64,000 nucleotides of DNA from Amoeboaphelidium protococcarum X5. Taxonomy: Eukaryota > Fungi > Aphelidiomycota. Every line of letters starts with the position of its first letter. Within the stretch, counting starts at the first letter, position 1. The stretch covers positions 1,571,608-1,635,607 of the forward strand of contig JALDTO010000266.1 in the NCBI GenBank assembly GCA_023515725.1. Direction: 5' to 3'. Below, in pieces: positions 38,264 through 52,929 of the stretch. The notes below the pieces were generated by a model. It was not told the origin of the DNA. It worked only from the letters and a program-made list of their open reading frames with translations, and ran no database searches. The translations under genes and the position numbers were made by a program.

Positions 38264-40600
38264 ATGAAGCAAAAGACCAACAAATCCAAGCATTAGTAGC
38301 TAGATAAACGATCTTCCAACATAGATGATATTGATAGTCTTGTGGAAAAGACTAAAGATTGCTTTGATAGTTCACATTTCACTTAATTCGCCCAATTGCC
38401 TTTGAGTGCACCAACTCTACGCGGACTGAAAGACGCCGGCTTTGTGGAGATGACTGATATTTAGAGAAGTGCCCTGGGATACACATTGTGCGGTAGAGAT
38501 GTCCTTGGAGCTGCCAAGACTGGATCTGGGAAATCACTTGCATTTCTTATTCCGGTGCTGGAAGTGCTTTATCGCCAGAAATGGTCCAAGCTGGATGGAT
38601 TGGGCGCGTTGATCATCTCGCCGACGCGTGAATTGGCTCTGCAGCTGTTCAATGTTTTGCGCAAGATTGGCAAGTATCATCAATTATCTGCCGGCCTTGC
38701 TATTGGTGGAAAGAATGTGGATGATGAGAAGGAGCGTATCAATAGGATGAATATCTTGATTTGCACTCCTGGGCGATTGCTGCAGCATATGGACGAGACT
38801 GCATACTTTGAGTGTAATAATCTCTAGATGCTCATTCTGGATGAGGCTGATCGTATCCTTGACCTGGGATTCAAGAAGACCATTAATGCTATTGTAGACT
38901 TCCTGCCTAGAGAGAGGTAGACTCTGCTATTCTCTGCCACACAGACAAAGAGTGTCCGTGATCTGGCGCGTCTGAGTCTTGACAATCCTCAGTATGTGGC
39001 CGTGCATGAGAAGGCTCAGCACTCGACTCCGGATGCTCTCAGTCAGCACTATCTTGTGTGTGAATTGTATGAAAAGATTGATATCTTATACTCTTTTATC
39101 AAGACGCATCTACAGAGTAAAGTGATAGTCTTCATGTCCAGTTGTAAGCAAGTGAGATTTGTATATGAAGTGCTGTGTAAAATGCAGCCTGGTATTGTTC
39201 TAATGTCTCTGCACGGGAAGTAATAATAGTTAAAGCGGAATACCATATATGAGACATTTTGTAAGAGTAAAGCCGCCGTTCTCTTTTGCACTGATATCGC
39301 TGCTAGAGGACTCGATTTTCCGAGTGTGGATTGGGTCATCTAGATGGATTGCCCAGAGGATGTTGACACGTATGTACATCGTGCCGGTAGAACTGCGCGA
39401 TACACTTCGAATGGTAACGCGTTGTTGTTTCTATTGCCTTCAGAAGAGGAGGCTATGGCCGAGCAGCTGAGCAAGAAGAAGATTCCCATTTAAAAGATCC
39501 AGGCCAATCCCTCGAAAACTATAAGCATCATCCCACAGCTGTAGAGTATGTGTGCAGAACATTAGGACATTAAGTATTTGGCTGAGAAGGCGTTCATTTG
39601 TTATCTCAGATCCGTATGGTTGCAAAAGAATAAGCAGGTTTTTGATGTCACTAAATTGCCTTTGGAGGATTATGCTGCCAGTCTTGGGCTTCCATCCGCA
39701 CCGCAAGTCAAATTTGTTCGCCGTCTCAATGCAATGAAGAATAAACCATATTAGATTGATCCAGATGTATCAGGTGATCTGAAAATGCAATAGAAACAAA
39801 AGGACTTTCAACAACGACTTGCACCTGCTGATGATCAAAGTGCTTCATCATCATCTGCTGAGGATAATGAAATCGATGTGGACAGTGAAGAATCAGACGC
39901 CGAGATATCTTAGAAAAAGGTGAAGACCAAGTTGGATAGAACTTTTGCAAAGAAATACGATACCTCTCTTATGCAAGCTCATAAAGTTCACACTGAGACT
40001 TCGATTGAAGGTGGCCAAGACGGAGGTGATGACGATCTTTTGTCAATTGTTAGGAAGGACCATCAACTACAGCTAGATTAGATTCCAGATCGTGCTCCAG
40101 ATTTCGACAAGAGAGGTCCAAGTGTTCGAGATCTGAGGAAGTAAAAGTTGAAGAATAAAGTCAAAGCTGATGATGCACCGCGTCCTGTCAGGATGGTCTT
40201 TGATGATGAAGGTGTGCCTGATCTTGCTTGGAAATTGGAAGCTGAGCGAGACTACGCCAAGGATCCAAATGATCTAATCAGCAAATAGTAGGAGTATGTC
40301 GAGAAGGTTAAATCCGTTCTGAAAGAAGCTGACGTGGATGATAAAAAGAGGTAGAAGGCTCTATTGAAAGAGAAGAAGATGAAGAAGAAACGCAAGTTGA
40401 ACGAAGATATTGGTGTCGGTGCTGCTCTAGTGTAATTAGCGACTAACAGCGATGATGAGGAGTAGCAAGCAGTTTTCAACGATGATAGTGGCTTATCACA
40501 ACATTTGAATCACAATGACAGTGAGGAAGCATCTGATCAAGAAGGCGATGATACTTTGGACGAGGAAGAATTGGCTCTGAGACTTTTAAACAATGATTGA
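38264..40600 (+). CDS. DBP4: DEAD-box RNA helicase Dbp4/DDX10
   Basis: [36 protein letters not shown]; C-terminal EELALRLL. Confidence 0.93.
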
Positions 40601-40647
40601 TAGAATAAAAATTCATTTGATCATAGATAAGGTCAAGTATCCATATT

Positions 40648-43329
40648 TCACTGATTTTAAGGATTCTTATCGTCACTATTAACATACAAAAATGTACCTC
40701 TGCCCAAGTATGAGGCGATAACTGAGAACGCGTCGGAGGAGTTTTATAACTTATGCCTAAACTACTCGATATCCTTTGATGACATTTCCTAATGCTCACG
40801 AATCTCTTTGACTAGACTATACTCTGGCTCACATAGAGGACATTCTAGATCTGCAGCATTTGAAGGAGAGGGAGATGCGGTTGTAGATGAGGATTATGTA
40901 TGAATACCATCTAATCGTTGCGAAGGCACTTGGATGCATCGCGTATGAAAAGAGTGCTTGCACAGGAAATGGACACACGGCAATTCCAGGACTCCTTTGC
41001 AGATAAAACACTCATTGTTCTGCAACAGATATGGTCCACTTTTCAGTTGGCTAATTTCAGATTTGACCTGTTCACACTCTGCAAGTAACTGCGACGTTTT
41101 AGATTCATTCTCTGCTATCACAGCCTAATCAAGTTCAGCCTTGGCTAATAGTATGTCCCTTACCACTTCAAATGTGCATTCATCATTAACAGCTAAAGTG
41201 TCAATCAGTTCACCAAGACTAAGCAACTTTTGCGAATGAATTTCAACTATACAATCCTTAATGAAATGAACAACTCCCTACTTTTATACGAAATATCTCA
41301 GCGCGTCAACCCACAAGCTAGGCATGACAGGAGAGTATTCTCTGCACTTGGACATTACTTTGTCATAATCGTCAATTTCACAGTACAGGTCGAGAATGTT
41401 CTTGTACTACTTGGACTGCTCCATAATATACAATTGTGCAGCAACATTGTTATTCTACTTGCACGACGCCAAAACTTTATTCTAATCATATAGAACGGTA
41501 TTCTGCAAAAGTCCAAGGATCTTGTCAGTGTAATCTTAATCTTTGCAGCTGAGATACAAATCTAAAAGCCCTTCATTGATCTTCATTAGCACAAGACTGT
41601 TATCATTTCCAGTTAATTATCGATTATGTTAAATCTGTTCCATTATCTTGATACTATCATTATCACTTAGCCTCAAGCTGGGCAAAAGTTGAAATGGATC
41701 TTTATTGAGAGGAGGAGAGCACAGATCGACCATAAGCTTCTACGTCTGTGAAGATGAGAATTAATAAAGCGTCGCGCCATACTTTTATAACTGATTAAAG
41801 CTCTATTCCAGGTTTCGTTTCATGTAACTTAGGCACTACGCATAATCATTTAAATCCTCAATCATCACAGATACTGCAATATCATGGAGACCAAACTTGA
41901 TCGCCAACTGCACAGCTTATACATAGAGACCATTCTCTCGACAGACTGCCAGCGCAGCCTCCGCATCAAAATAGACTTGATTATCCTAAATGGGAGAAGT
42001 TCCTTGGTCCTACTAGGAATCAGACTTGATCTATGTCCCTATAAACTATTCAAGCTTTTGAAAATCTTTAATCTTTGTATAGCAGTGTAGCAATAGAGTT
42101 GTGTGATGATAGGATGCAATTTGCTTCTAGTGCAATGCCTCCAAATAAGTAGTCAAGAACTTGATCTTGTCACCATCTATAAACTGCTTAATGATAACAG
42201 AAGGCTCCACTCCATTCCCAATAGTCTCACAGTACTGCTACATGGCGTCTTCATACTTGCCTTTATTGTACAAGAAATCGCCATACTTCATCACCACCAA
42301 ACTTTCCACCTCAGCAGGATACTAAGCACCGCGGATGATACTCAGAGCGGTTGGATAGAGTTCTTTAGAATACAGCAACTGCATCTTGCTACCAAAATCC
42401 ATCTCCTCAATCTTACGCACAGTGCCTGACACAAATACATATAGGCTAGAAGTGACAGCAACATACACTGGCTCATTAAAAGACTCTGCATATGCAATGA
42501 GTTTATTTTTGAGATCATACACGCGAATTTTTTACGGCAATAGCTCTTGCTGCGACTTACAACTGACCGTGACAATGTACGACTTGAAAGTATCACAGCT
42601 CAAAACGTGGTGGCCATCTAGTGCAAAAGCAGGACCTCTACCATCAGCATTAAATGAGTACATGGCATCACTTCTGCATAGAATAAAGTTGTCATTGAGA
42701 ATGGTGGAACATCCAATATTACATCCCAGATCCGTGTACATTGAATTAAAATTAAAATCATAAACATGCCCCTTCTTCTATGTCGCAATAAAGTGGACAC
42801 CATCAACTGACTAAATCTCCGTGATAGAGTGGCTGAGACGAAGAGTTCGTACACGGTATCTCTGCAATAGATTTCCCTAATAGATCAGCACCATGCCATT
42901 GTTGAGTCCAATTAAACACTACTATAGACTAATTGCACACATTGCAGTTACTGTATGTACTTCATCTTTCCACTCCACTACAATAGTCTTGATCAATTCT
43001 CCCGTGACGCTCCACACTTTCAACAGCGGAATATTCTCCTCATCCATGCCGCAAGACAGTAGGTATTCAGATCCAGAACGTGCATTATTTTAATTATATT
43101 ACACCAGATGAGACTTATCAGAGACTATCAGTAAATGTGTAATGATATTGTGGGCTTATATTTTACATAACTCTAAATGACCATCGCCAGATACCACATG
43201 CACCACTCCATCACCATCACCGAAAGCAATCAGACCATTGTTGGATGTGATGACTTCAATCTAATGAGAATTAAATTATTAAGGCAACTAAGTGGATTTA
43301 AAGAAATCAAAAGACTTCCACGCTAGCAT
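40648..43329 (-). CDS. VPS11: Vacuolar protein sorting Vps11/Pep5
   Basis: MLAWKSFDFF start, GRGPAFA, KYGDFLYNKG, EPSVIIKQF, RING CFIC...HFLCKHSFH...CPLC. Confidence 0.9.
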
Positions 43330-43817
43330 TTGCCGTAGTAATTATTGTATTCTAGGAAGTATTTGTACAAGTTGGAACAAAATTAAAAAATGCGCGTTTT
43401 CAACGGGAAGAAAGAGTTGTGGCACGTTCTGTTGACAATAAGCAGCATCAACACTGAGATGTGGATAACGATAAAGACTATTCTAAAAGAAAGCTGCTAT
43501 GTTAATAAACTTTTCTCATGCATTTTCCAGGGAGAAAGTGAAAACATGCTCACACTAAAACATTAGATCGTATCGGAACCATATAAAAAGCTCCGTCTCA
43601 CGTTCAATAAACTTTAATGACTTAGAAAGCAAAGCTTTAATCAGCATACAAGCTTTTGACCTAAACGCGAAAAACAAGTCAAAAAATTGACCCGAATTTA
43701 AGGCGCTTGTGCGATCTCTTCCTTTTTCTGGTGCAAATAAGTAAAAAAAAGCTCTTTCTCTGTTCGCGCTTGGAAATATTGTTAAAAGAGACGCGTAAGC
43801 TTGTAAGAGAAGAAGAA

Positions 43818-44933
43818 ATGACCAACGCTGATTAGGAATAACAATAGTAATAATCTAATCCGGAAATGTTTGTGCCGCTGTTTAGTTATAATGCTATTTA
43901 AAGCATTGTGCAAGGATAGCAGCTGATTAAAGAGGGCGCAAGAGCTATTACAGCTGGTCAGTAGATGATCCATGATGCTTGGAATGGTATGCTGCTCCAG
44001 CCTGCTGAAGTTGATTACTCAGGGGTAAAGAATGTAACAATCGCGAATTTGGTTGAAACTACATCATCGCTATCAGAGTCATCACCACCTACATCGCAAT
44101 CTGCCACTTCCTCAAATACTCCCTCTCCTTCTGATCTAATCTAATCTCCATCTCCTGCAGTGTAGTAGTAGAAGTCATATCCGCCAACCAAGAAGAAGTC
44201 TCCACCTAAATCTGAATCTAAGCAGCCGCGTAAGAAACAAAGGAAGGAACGTAAGCCGACTGCCAAGTACATCAACGCGTATCTGTTGTTTTCCACGCAG
44301 AAGCGCAGAGAGTTGACTTAAGAAGAGCTGAAGGCGATCAATGCTGATGGTAATGGTGAGCATGGTGGAAAGCCGAGTGACGTGGCCCGCTATATGGGAA
44401 ATCTGTGGAAGCAGATGGGTGAGGATGAGAAGAAAGTGTGGACGGTGAAGGCTAAAGAGCTGAACGAGAAGTACAAGGCGGAGTTTGACTTGTAATAAAT
44501 CTCGGGTTCATAATCTCCTGCTCCAGAATCTCTGGTTGAAGATGAGTAGAATTAGGACTAGGATCACGAAGATGAAGAGCATGTGCCATCAGATGTGATT
44601 ACTCCGCCTCTGTCTGAAGTCAACGAGGAAACTGAGCAGTAGTAGTAACCAGAGGTATAGACTTTGAAACATGTGGAGACTCAATAACCCCCAGCTCAAA
44701 CTACCGCCGCGGAGAAAGAGGACACTTCTAATTTAGTTGAAACTGCCGCTGATGGTGTTGATAGTACTGGCGCTACTAAAGAACAAGCATCTGAGCAGTA
44801 GGCAGTCTCACCATCACCTGAGGAGTTGAAGAGAATTGAAAAGGCGCGTCGTAAAGCTGAGAAGAAGCAGAGAAAGCGCCTGGAGAAGTTGAAGTAGATG
44901 CAGAGCGCGCAGAATGCAGAGTAACAAGCTTGA
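43818..44933 (+). CDS. HMG-box protein with acidic low-complexity tail
   Basis: INAYLLFSTQKR...VARYMGNLWKQMGEDEKKVWTVKAKELNEKY. Confidence 0.8.
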
Positions 44934-45405
44934 GTATAATGTAGTTGACGAAGATAATCTAATTTATCGCGTATATAATGAATATTAATGTGGCAGTAGT
45001 TGAATAAATATAGTTTTATTGAGTACATGAATATAAACAGCGAAATATCCAACTTAACGATTTACGAAGTAACATAAGTCGCGAAATAGGATCACGCTGT
45101 TTTTAAGAGCACTTTATAATTCGCCTTACCATATAGGAGTTGTAAAATGCGTGATGCGTGGTCTTAATTATAAATCTCTCTTTGACATGGAACGATCACC
45201 ATAATCCTGTTATTATATTTAGATCCAAGAGCTCGTTGGAAGGCAGTTGCCATGGCACTAATTATCACCTGATTGTTTGAATGGTTCGGAACAAACAAGA
45301 TTCTGCTTCAGTTCCAATTGATAAATTTTATATATCGGACGGTAAATATCTTATTAGTCTTATTGATTATTATAGCCATAAATCTGTCGGCTTTATTCTA
45401 AAGAT

Positions 45406-47193
45406 ATGTATCGTATTGTTTAGCGATTCTCCAGTAGCAGTTCTTCTGGATCCTCAAGTGGCGGCGGTGGTTCTAGTGGCAGAGGCTTTGGTGCATGGTC
45501 TCAGCATAGGAGATTGAAGAAGTTTAGGAAGGCTGATAGATTTTTTGATTATGGCAGTTGGTAATCTCCTGGTAATCCGCTTGATCCTATCGGTGAGACT
45601 GTATTTTTATAAGGGAGAAGTGCAACAGCAGGTTCCAGAGTATCATCATCAACGGCTGGCATCATTAATTTATAATCTTCCGCTGGCTACTCTATCGGTT
45701 CCTCTGCCAGTGATGCGAATGCTCAGTCTCTCTCGTACACCAATAATTCCTCAAGTGGCAAGAGTTATGTCAAGTCATTCTATAACAGTCTTCTGAGTAG
45801 CGCATCTTCTACAGGTTCTAATGGCCAGGCTAAATAAAAGATTCAAGATGCTATAGTTGATCCGGTGTTGAATGAAGCTAACACTCTAATGCAGTAATCT
45901 GAAGCGATTGGTAGAATGCTTTCCACATCTAATCCACGTATTATACGACAACATCTTGATCAACATATCATTGGGTAGGATGAGGCAAAGGAAGTGATGA
46001 GTTGTGCGATTTATAATCATTACAGTCGTGTGCATTGTAATTTGTAGCGAAAGCAATAAGCTTTATAGGTGTATCCAAGTCAGCCGTATAATTGTCTTGA
46101 AAAATCCAATATTCTGCTCCTTGGACCATCCGGATCTGGTAAGACGCTGATAGCAAAGAAGATTGCAGAGACTCTGAAAGTTCCATTTAGTATGAATGAT
46201 GCCACCACACTGACTCAAGCTGGTTATGTCGGAGATGATGTCGATCAATGTATCAGCCGTCTGTTTAATGCAAATGGTCCCAATTCCGCAAATGGAGATG
46301 CCAAAAGAGCTGAGATGGGAATAGTGTTCATTGATGAAATTGACAAGATCAGCAAGAAGACAGAGTCAATTATGTCCAGTGGCCGTGATGTTGCCGGCGA
46401 AGGAGTCCAGTAGGCTTTATTGAAGATGCTAGAAGGAACCACAGTTTACGTGACTGATAAGAATAACAAAAAGGGAGATCCTGTTGCAATTGACACATCT
46501 AATATTCTATTCATCTTATCGGGGGCCTTTGTTGGTCTGGATCAAGTGGTTGCGCATAGACTCAAAGGTGTTACTTCGCTTGGCTTTGGAGCTAAAGTCG
46601 CTGATAAATCAAAGGCTGCAGATAATTTTGAGGCTTTGAAAAACGTGTCCGAGGCTGATCTAATCCAGTATGGCTTCATTCCAGAGTTTATCGGTCGAGT
46701 TCCAATTGTTGCATCAGTAAGTCGTCTGTCTGAATAGGAATTGATTAGGATTCTGACTGAGCCTAAAAATTCGTTGATCGATTAGTATCAGACTCTGTTC
46801 TAATCCTGGAAGGTTCGACTTGATATTTCGGACGATGCACTCCAGTCGATTGTGAAGAGAGTTATTGAGAGAAAAACTGGTGCTCGTGGCTTGAAATTCG
46901 CGTTAGAGGAAGTGTTGAAAGAGCCAATGTATCTGGCGCCATGTTCAGATATTAAAGAGATCAAGATTAACGGCGATTTGAGTGCGCAATATTTCACCAG
47001 TGACTCGGTTTACACTGTCGCCGCTGATAAGTAGAAAAGAGCCACTACTAAGCTTCAAGATGCTGCAAGAGATTTTTAGATCAATCTGGAGAACAGCTCT
47101 CCTATCGGCACAATATTTGTTGCTCCCACGCCAGCAATGGCACATTCATAGTAAAGTACTGCGAAGCCTAATAATTTGGGTGATTAGAATTGA
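45406..47193 (+). CDS. CLPX: Mitochondrial ClpX/Mcx1 AAA+ chaperone
   Basis: [54 protein letters not shown]. Confidence 0.92.
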
Positions 47194-47339
47194 CTTTGAA
47201 GTAGTTTATATAGATTTTTATAAAATGTGTTACTTTCTAAGGGCTTTTCAATTTTTTCCAGCCAAGAATTAGCTATCAACGGTGGAAATACATTTTTGTT
47301 ATTATCTTCATTACCTTGGTATTCTGCGCATAAATAGAT

Positions 47340-47651
47340 ATGCTCCTATTCTGTCCTATAGATGGCAATTTACTGATTGTCAGTCAGGATATGCTGAAAT
47401 GTAATTCGTGTCCATTCATGAAGCCGATCAATATCAAGTACACGCAGAAGACGGAGCTAAAGAGGAAGAAGATTGATGATATCCTCGGCGGGTCAAAGGC
47501 ATGGGAGAATGTGGACACCTGTGATGCTGTCTGTCCAAAATGTGAACATAGACGCGCGTATTTTATGCAAATTCAGATTAGATCTGCTGATGAGCCGGCG
47601 TCAGTGTTTTTCAAGTGTGTTCAGTGCTAGAATCAGTGGCGTGAAGGCTGA
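47340..47651 (+). CDS. RPC11: RNA polymerase III subunit C11
   Basis: MLLFCP...QIRSADEP...CVQCQNQWRE; TAG lies inside the terminal Zn ribbon. Confidence 0.93.
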
Positions 47652-47824
47652 TCATTTTTTAGTGATTAAGTGACAACATTTATATTACTCTCATTAAAGA
47701 CTAATTTTAAGGCAGATATAGCTGATAAATTAAATGATGAACAAGTGTTAAATACAGTTTATAAAATTATATTTAATTTTAATATCGAAGAAGAGAACAT
47801 TCCTATGACTATGCATTTAAAGTG

Positions 47825-48727
47825 TCAAAGCTTGGGATCATCGATTACTTCATCGTCAACGAGATCTTCAGGCTGTAAAAGAGGCTCAGATTCCTCCAAT
47901 TTACCTGCTCTATAGTCTCTGATATAGTATGAAAGACAGAGAATGAACAGGATGGACTACAATGTACCAGTACAGAGAAATGTGATCCAGTTTGTGACAT
48001 TACTGCCTTGACGCGTAGCCAGAGTATAGACAAGTATAAACGCACCAGGTATTTGCATAAACATTGTTGGCATTGACAGCGCACCGATTTGCTTTTGTTT
48101 GAATGTCTTGAATATTTATGGTATGAATTAAAATGCCGATAGAATCATGCTTAATATACCATTCCCATCTGCCCAATACTCAGTGGCTCTGTCTTGACTA
48201 GCATCACCGCGACTAAGCAATAGACTAAGTGTTATGATAAGATTTATAACCAGGTAAGAAGCAACTGCGAGACCAATGAACAGCGCCTTTCTATACTAAT
48301 GCGTAATCTACGACTTTAACGATTCAATATTGGTGACAAATCGATCAGCCAGAGGAAAGTAGTACACAAACAGAAAGACATAGAGCATAAAGCACAAGAA
48401 TTAAATACCAATCTAGATGATAGCCATAATGTTTTCCAAGCACTGGCCAGCAGACTAAGCAGAACAACATCGCAAGTGACCAAATTGAAGAAGCAAAGTA
48501 TTGGACAGCAATGATATCATGGCAATTGCGCCCATGAACAGATAAATGCCACTCAATCCTTTGCTTGATCTATTCATAATAATTTTGGCATGCTAAGGCA
48601 AATAAGACACTGCCATTCCCACGGCGATTACAACAGATAGTGCAAAGGTGTAAGGATCATGATGAGGATTCTGGCAATCAATAGGAGATATCACGAATAA
48701 ATCCCGTAACCACTCTACAAATGTCAT
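47825..48727 (-). CDS. PQ-loop transporter (300 aa)
   Basis: SYLPQH (CCT TAG) and FIPQI (CCA TAA); multiple TM segments; ESEPLL dileucine motif. Confidence 0.85.
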
Positions 48728-49149
48728 TATCAATCCTCAATCGACTTATATCAAGATTCTGTTTCTAAAGCGCCTTTCGTAAATGCGCGACTTTTAAATA
48801 GAAAAAGTCCTCAAGAAGTATTATATTCAATACTGTGATTTTCGCTAAACAAAGGGATAATAAAAGCAAAAATGAACCAACTTTTTAATCTTTACAGCGA
48901 TCCAATCAGCTCAATTCAGGAGCAATCTGGCGCATGATTTCCTCTTCTAAAGTCGTCGCGTAGATGATCGTCTTCAGTTGTTAGACATTCCATCTAAAAC
49001 TAGCCGGTGATTTGTAATCAATTATGTTTCAGTTTGTTTGATTTCATTACATAATTATCTTTTTTTATATTTCAAGATCTGATTGATTATAAAGATTATA
49101 TACTGTATGAACCTAATCAAGCTATAACATAAGATTTCTTTCAAGAATA

Positions 49150-49790
49150 TGCCTGATCTGGTGCTTTTGACTATTATGCAGTATCTTAACCGTGCATCTC
49201 GAGATAGACTTAATTACATCATGCTCGACAAGCGCGTACATTAAGTATGTAAATATTATCTGACTGAAGTCGTAATATTGACGCGTCAGTTGTAAGTAGA
49301 TTTACTAGTTAACTTTATGAAGGGATTATATGATTCTGCTCAAAGTATTTAATAGAATAAAATTCATCGTTACACCTCTATTAGATGTCTAGTATTAAAG
49401 AACATTGCTCCTCCACCGTCGATTGATAGTCGTCTGCAAATTTGGTTTGAGCTGTTTCAGTTGCTGGGCGATCTGAAACAGATTGATTTAATATTCGCAT
49501 AGTAGTGTGATTTGTATTTTGAATCTTAAATTCTATTGCATAAAATGCAGTATCAAGTTGAAGCATTAGACAATTTCGAAAGTTTCCTACTGCGTCAGAT
49601 GAAATGTGGAAATGTCGAAAATCTGAACTGGCTGCGGAGAGTGACTCACACTCAGGCTTGCTTTGACTTGGACCCTCCTAGGCCATCTGATACTTTAGAC
49701 TATCTTGTAGTTGGTCGTGATAAAATATAAAATCAACTGTTATAAAGAGTGCGTTTGAGGAGTGAGAAGTATTGTTTATATCCAAATTGA
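49150..49790 (+). CDS. Possible F-box protein (spliced; 5' exons unresolved)
   Basis: MPDLVLLTIMQYLNRASRDRL F-box-like; GTATGT...CAG intron; open frame to TGA 49788. Confidence 0.4.
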
Positions 49791-50098
49791 CGCGTTAATA
49801 ATAATGTTGATGCTGCAAGTCAATACCCCCTCAACTCAAGATGCAATTATCAAATGAACTGTTGATGACTTGTTGAATCAAAATTATTTCTTGAAATAAA
49901 ACTTTTAATACTTGTAACACTATATAGAATGTCCTTATTCGGGCACAATGAGCATTTAATGTTTAACTGCACGCACATGATGATACGCGCTGTAGTGTCT
50001 GAAGGAATCGAACACCATCACGGGAGCGAGTAATCTTTCTCATTTGCGCGAAAAAGAGGCTAAAAGATCTTATTAATAATTAGGAGTGATTCGATAGA

Positions 50099-50906
50099 AT
50101 GAAACTGAAAAGAACTAAATAGTATAGAAAGACTCTTTAGTTGTATGAGACTCATTTTGGCTTCCACTAGCCATATCTCATTTTAGGTAAGTGTATCGTA
50201 TGATTATTTCGGCGCGATAGATCTGCGATGAGTGTGTATTGTAGTGGATGGAACATTTTTGCATGCCGTTCAATCGAAAAAGTAATCAATAGTGGATATC
50301 ATCTAGACGGCTATAAATGCTCAAGTAAAAGTCTTTGTAACGCCATGTATACTGGCAGAGCTGAAGAATCTGCTTGCTATGTTGAAAGGTAAGGTGGAGT
50401 ACTCAGCAATGCTATCGACCGTACATTTAGCCAAAGCATGCGACCTGCGAATATGCAAACATCACCCAACTCTTAGTGGCAGTGAATGTTACAAGGATAT
50501 AATCGGTGATAGAAATAACGCGCGATTTATAGTGGCCACCTAAGATGATGATTTGAAGTCTCACCTGAGATCGATTGGGTCAGTAAGTGGCAATCCTGTT
50601 CCTCTTATTCATCAGAATCGAGCCGTTACTGTTCTGGAGTCTACTAATCGCCACATCATAGAGCGGGTATAACAAATTGAAAATGACAAATTTTAAGTAG
50701 TATCCCGTAAATTTGAACAGGATAATGGAAATGTCATACAGCCATTGAGACCGAAGCGAAAACGCGCTAAAGGTCCCAATCCTCTGAGTTGTAAGAAGCC
50801 AAAAGCACGCGAACCGTCCAAGGAGGCTACTGAAAATACCTTCATCAAGATATCTATAGATCCTGCCTCTTAGAAAATCAGTATAAATGAACACGAAAAT
50901 GCGTGA
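50099..50906 (+). CDS. UTP23: rRNA-processing PIN protein Utp23, intron ~50187-50244
   Basis: FGFHQPYLILVDGTF, VATQD, KRAKGPNPLSCKKPK. Confidence 0.9.
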
Positions 50907-51054
50907 ATAAATATGCAATTGATCATATCTTTCAAGTATCTCTTCGACTACTAGCTATAAAGTTCCTCCCCCGCACAAATCACAATTTACTCGACTTCTT
51001 ACTGCTGATGTGAGATGATGATGATGATGACTAACTCTCACTACCTACAGCTAG

Positions 51055-52094
51055 TCAATGACCAGCCTTCTCCTTAGCAAACGACACCCCCTTGTCAACG
51101 TTCCCCTTCAGATCCTTCAGGCAAGTCGCCAACAAAGTCTTTTCGTAATCGCTAATAGTGCCCACTGGGTGAATCTTCTCCACCCCATTTCTACCCAGCT
51201 CAACATTGGAAGAGAAGAATGGAATTCCATTAGGCTTTTCATACAACTCCGACTTGACGAAAGATGGCTCCACAATACCAGTCTCGCCATTCAAAGCGCG
51301 CACTACAGCCAAAGCAAACCTAGCACCAGCATAGGCCATAGACAAGGTGGCACTTCCAGCTCCATCTTTAGCCTTGACAACTTCGTCACCACCAAATTAA
51401 ATGCGGTTAGTTAATGCCTTAATTTACTCCTCGTTCAGTTGACTAAACACTGGAGTCTGGGACAGCAATGGCACAATAGTACCACCACTGTGACCTCCGA
51501 CAACATTAACTCTCAACTCGGCAGGATTCACAGATGGCAAAATGTCAGCGATAAATCTGCTTGAGCGAACAACATCCAAGGTGGTAACACCAAACAGGCG
51601 CTTTGGATCGAACACTCCTTTAGCACTTAGGACCTCAGCCACGATAGGAACAGTGGAATTAACAGGATTAGTAATCACAAGGACCATGGCTTTCGGACAA
51701 TGCTGTGCAATGCCGGAAGCAATGTTATGGATAATACCAGCGTTAATCTTGAACAAGTCATCTCTGGACATGCCCGGCTTACGAGCAACACCGGCAGTGA
51801 TCACAACAACTTGCGCTCCTTGCAAAGTCTACGGCAGCTAGTCCTTCTCAGGATTCTTAGTATCTCCCAGGTATCCGGAGACTTTACTGGCGGTATTCAC
51901 ATGGCTGAGATCACACGCAATGCCCGGCGTATTGACCAGATCGTACAATGCCAACTCAGTGATCAAGTGCGACTGCTTCAGTAGCAGAGCCAGCGGTTAA
52001 CCAATACCTCCTGCAGCTCCAATAAGTGCAACCTACATTACTAGCCATACGATGTTTAATTAGACGGTTTTAGTGCGAATTATTATACCTTCAT
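51055..52094 (-). CDS. MDH: NAD-malate dehydrogenase with a 6-nt first coding exon (intron 52033-52088)
   Basis: MK|[52 protein letters not shown]. Confidence 0.95.
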
Positions 52095-52497
52095 AGTTGT
52101 TTTTATAAAAAGTAGATTTTATGTTCAATATACGATGTGTACAGACAGTATTCAACGAACAAAGAAACGAAAGCTCTGACGCGCTTTGAAGTTTCAAATT
52201 GGGCGCTATAAGTTCACACGTTGAGCATTCCTGGTCTCCCAACATGACACTTACGCTTATATAAATCAGTCATATGAAATATTCGTCTTTTTACTTATAG
52301 GAGAATGACAATTATGTAAAACACCATTTATTAAAGATTCTCTGATGTTTATCAATCTGGAGCGGTGTTTTCAAGATTCTCCTGAAATGCAACAGCTCAA
52401 TCAAAACCAAGAGTGTATTACCAAAACAAGTAATAAAAACATGATAATTATTATTCAACCTTTCATACCTCTCATACCTTTAACCACAATTTCAATT

Positions 52498-52929
52498 TCA
52501 ATTAGAGTAAGGCTTTTAACGCGCTCTACGAGCATTGACACGACCACGACGGCCACGCGCAACATTATTAATTGGTCTGATGTTTGTCAAGCCATTAAAA
52601 ATTTGATCAATGTTTTGGCGTTATGCAAGCTGTTCATTTTCGATGCGGCCTAATCTTTGATTTAAGTCAATTAAGCGTTGCTTCATCTCTAGCAACAATG
52701 CTAAAATATCAGCATTGTTTGCATTCCCAGCAAAAGCACTGTGTTCAGCACGATGTTTCAGCAGTTGACTCTCAGAGATTGCATCAACGTCGGCTGTACT
52801 TGGAGCAGCATTACTTGAATTTAGCAAAAAAGCTTGATGATTAACTGTTGCAGAATAGCGTACTTGATTAACAATATCCTCACTGTTATTGCCAGCATTT
52901 TGAACTGCTTCAGGAAATTAGGCTTCCAT
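52498..52929 (-). CDS. Hypothetical 143-aa coiled-coil protein with Arg-rich tail, paralogue of 8265-8714
   Basis: ATG-to-TGA frame; LLKHRAEHSAFAGNANNADILAL; tail RGRRGRVNARRARQKPYSN. Confidence 0.6.
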
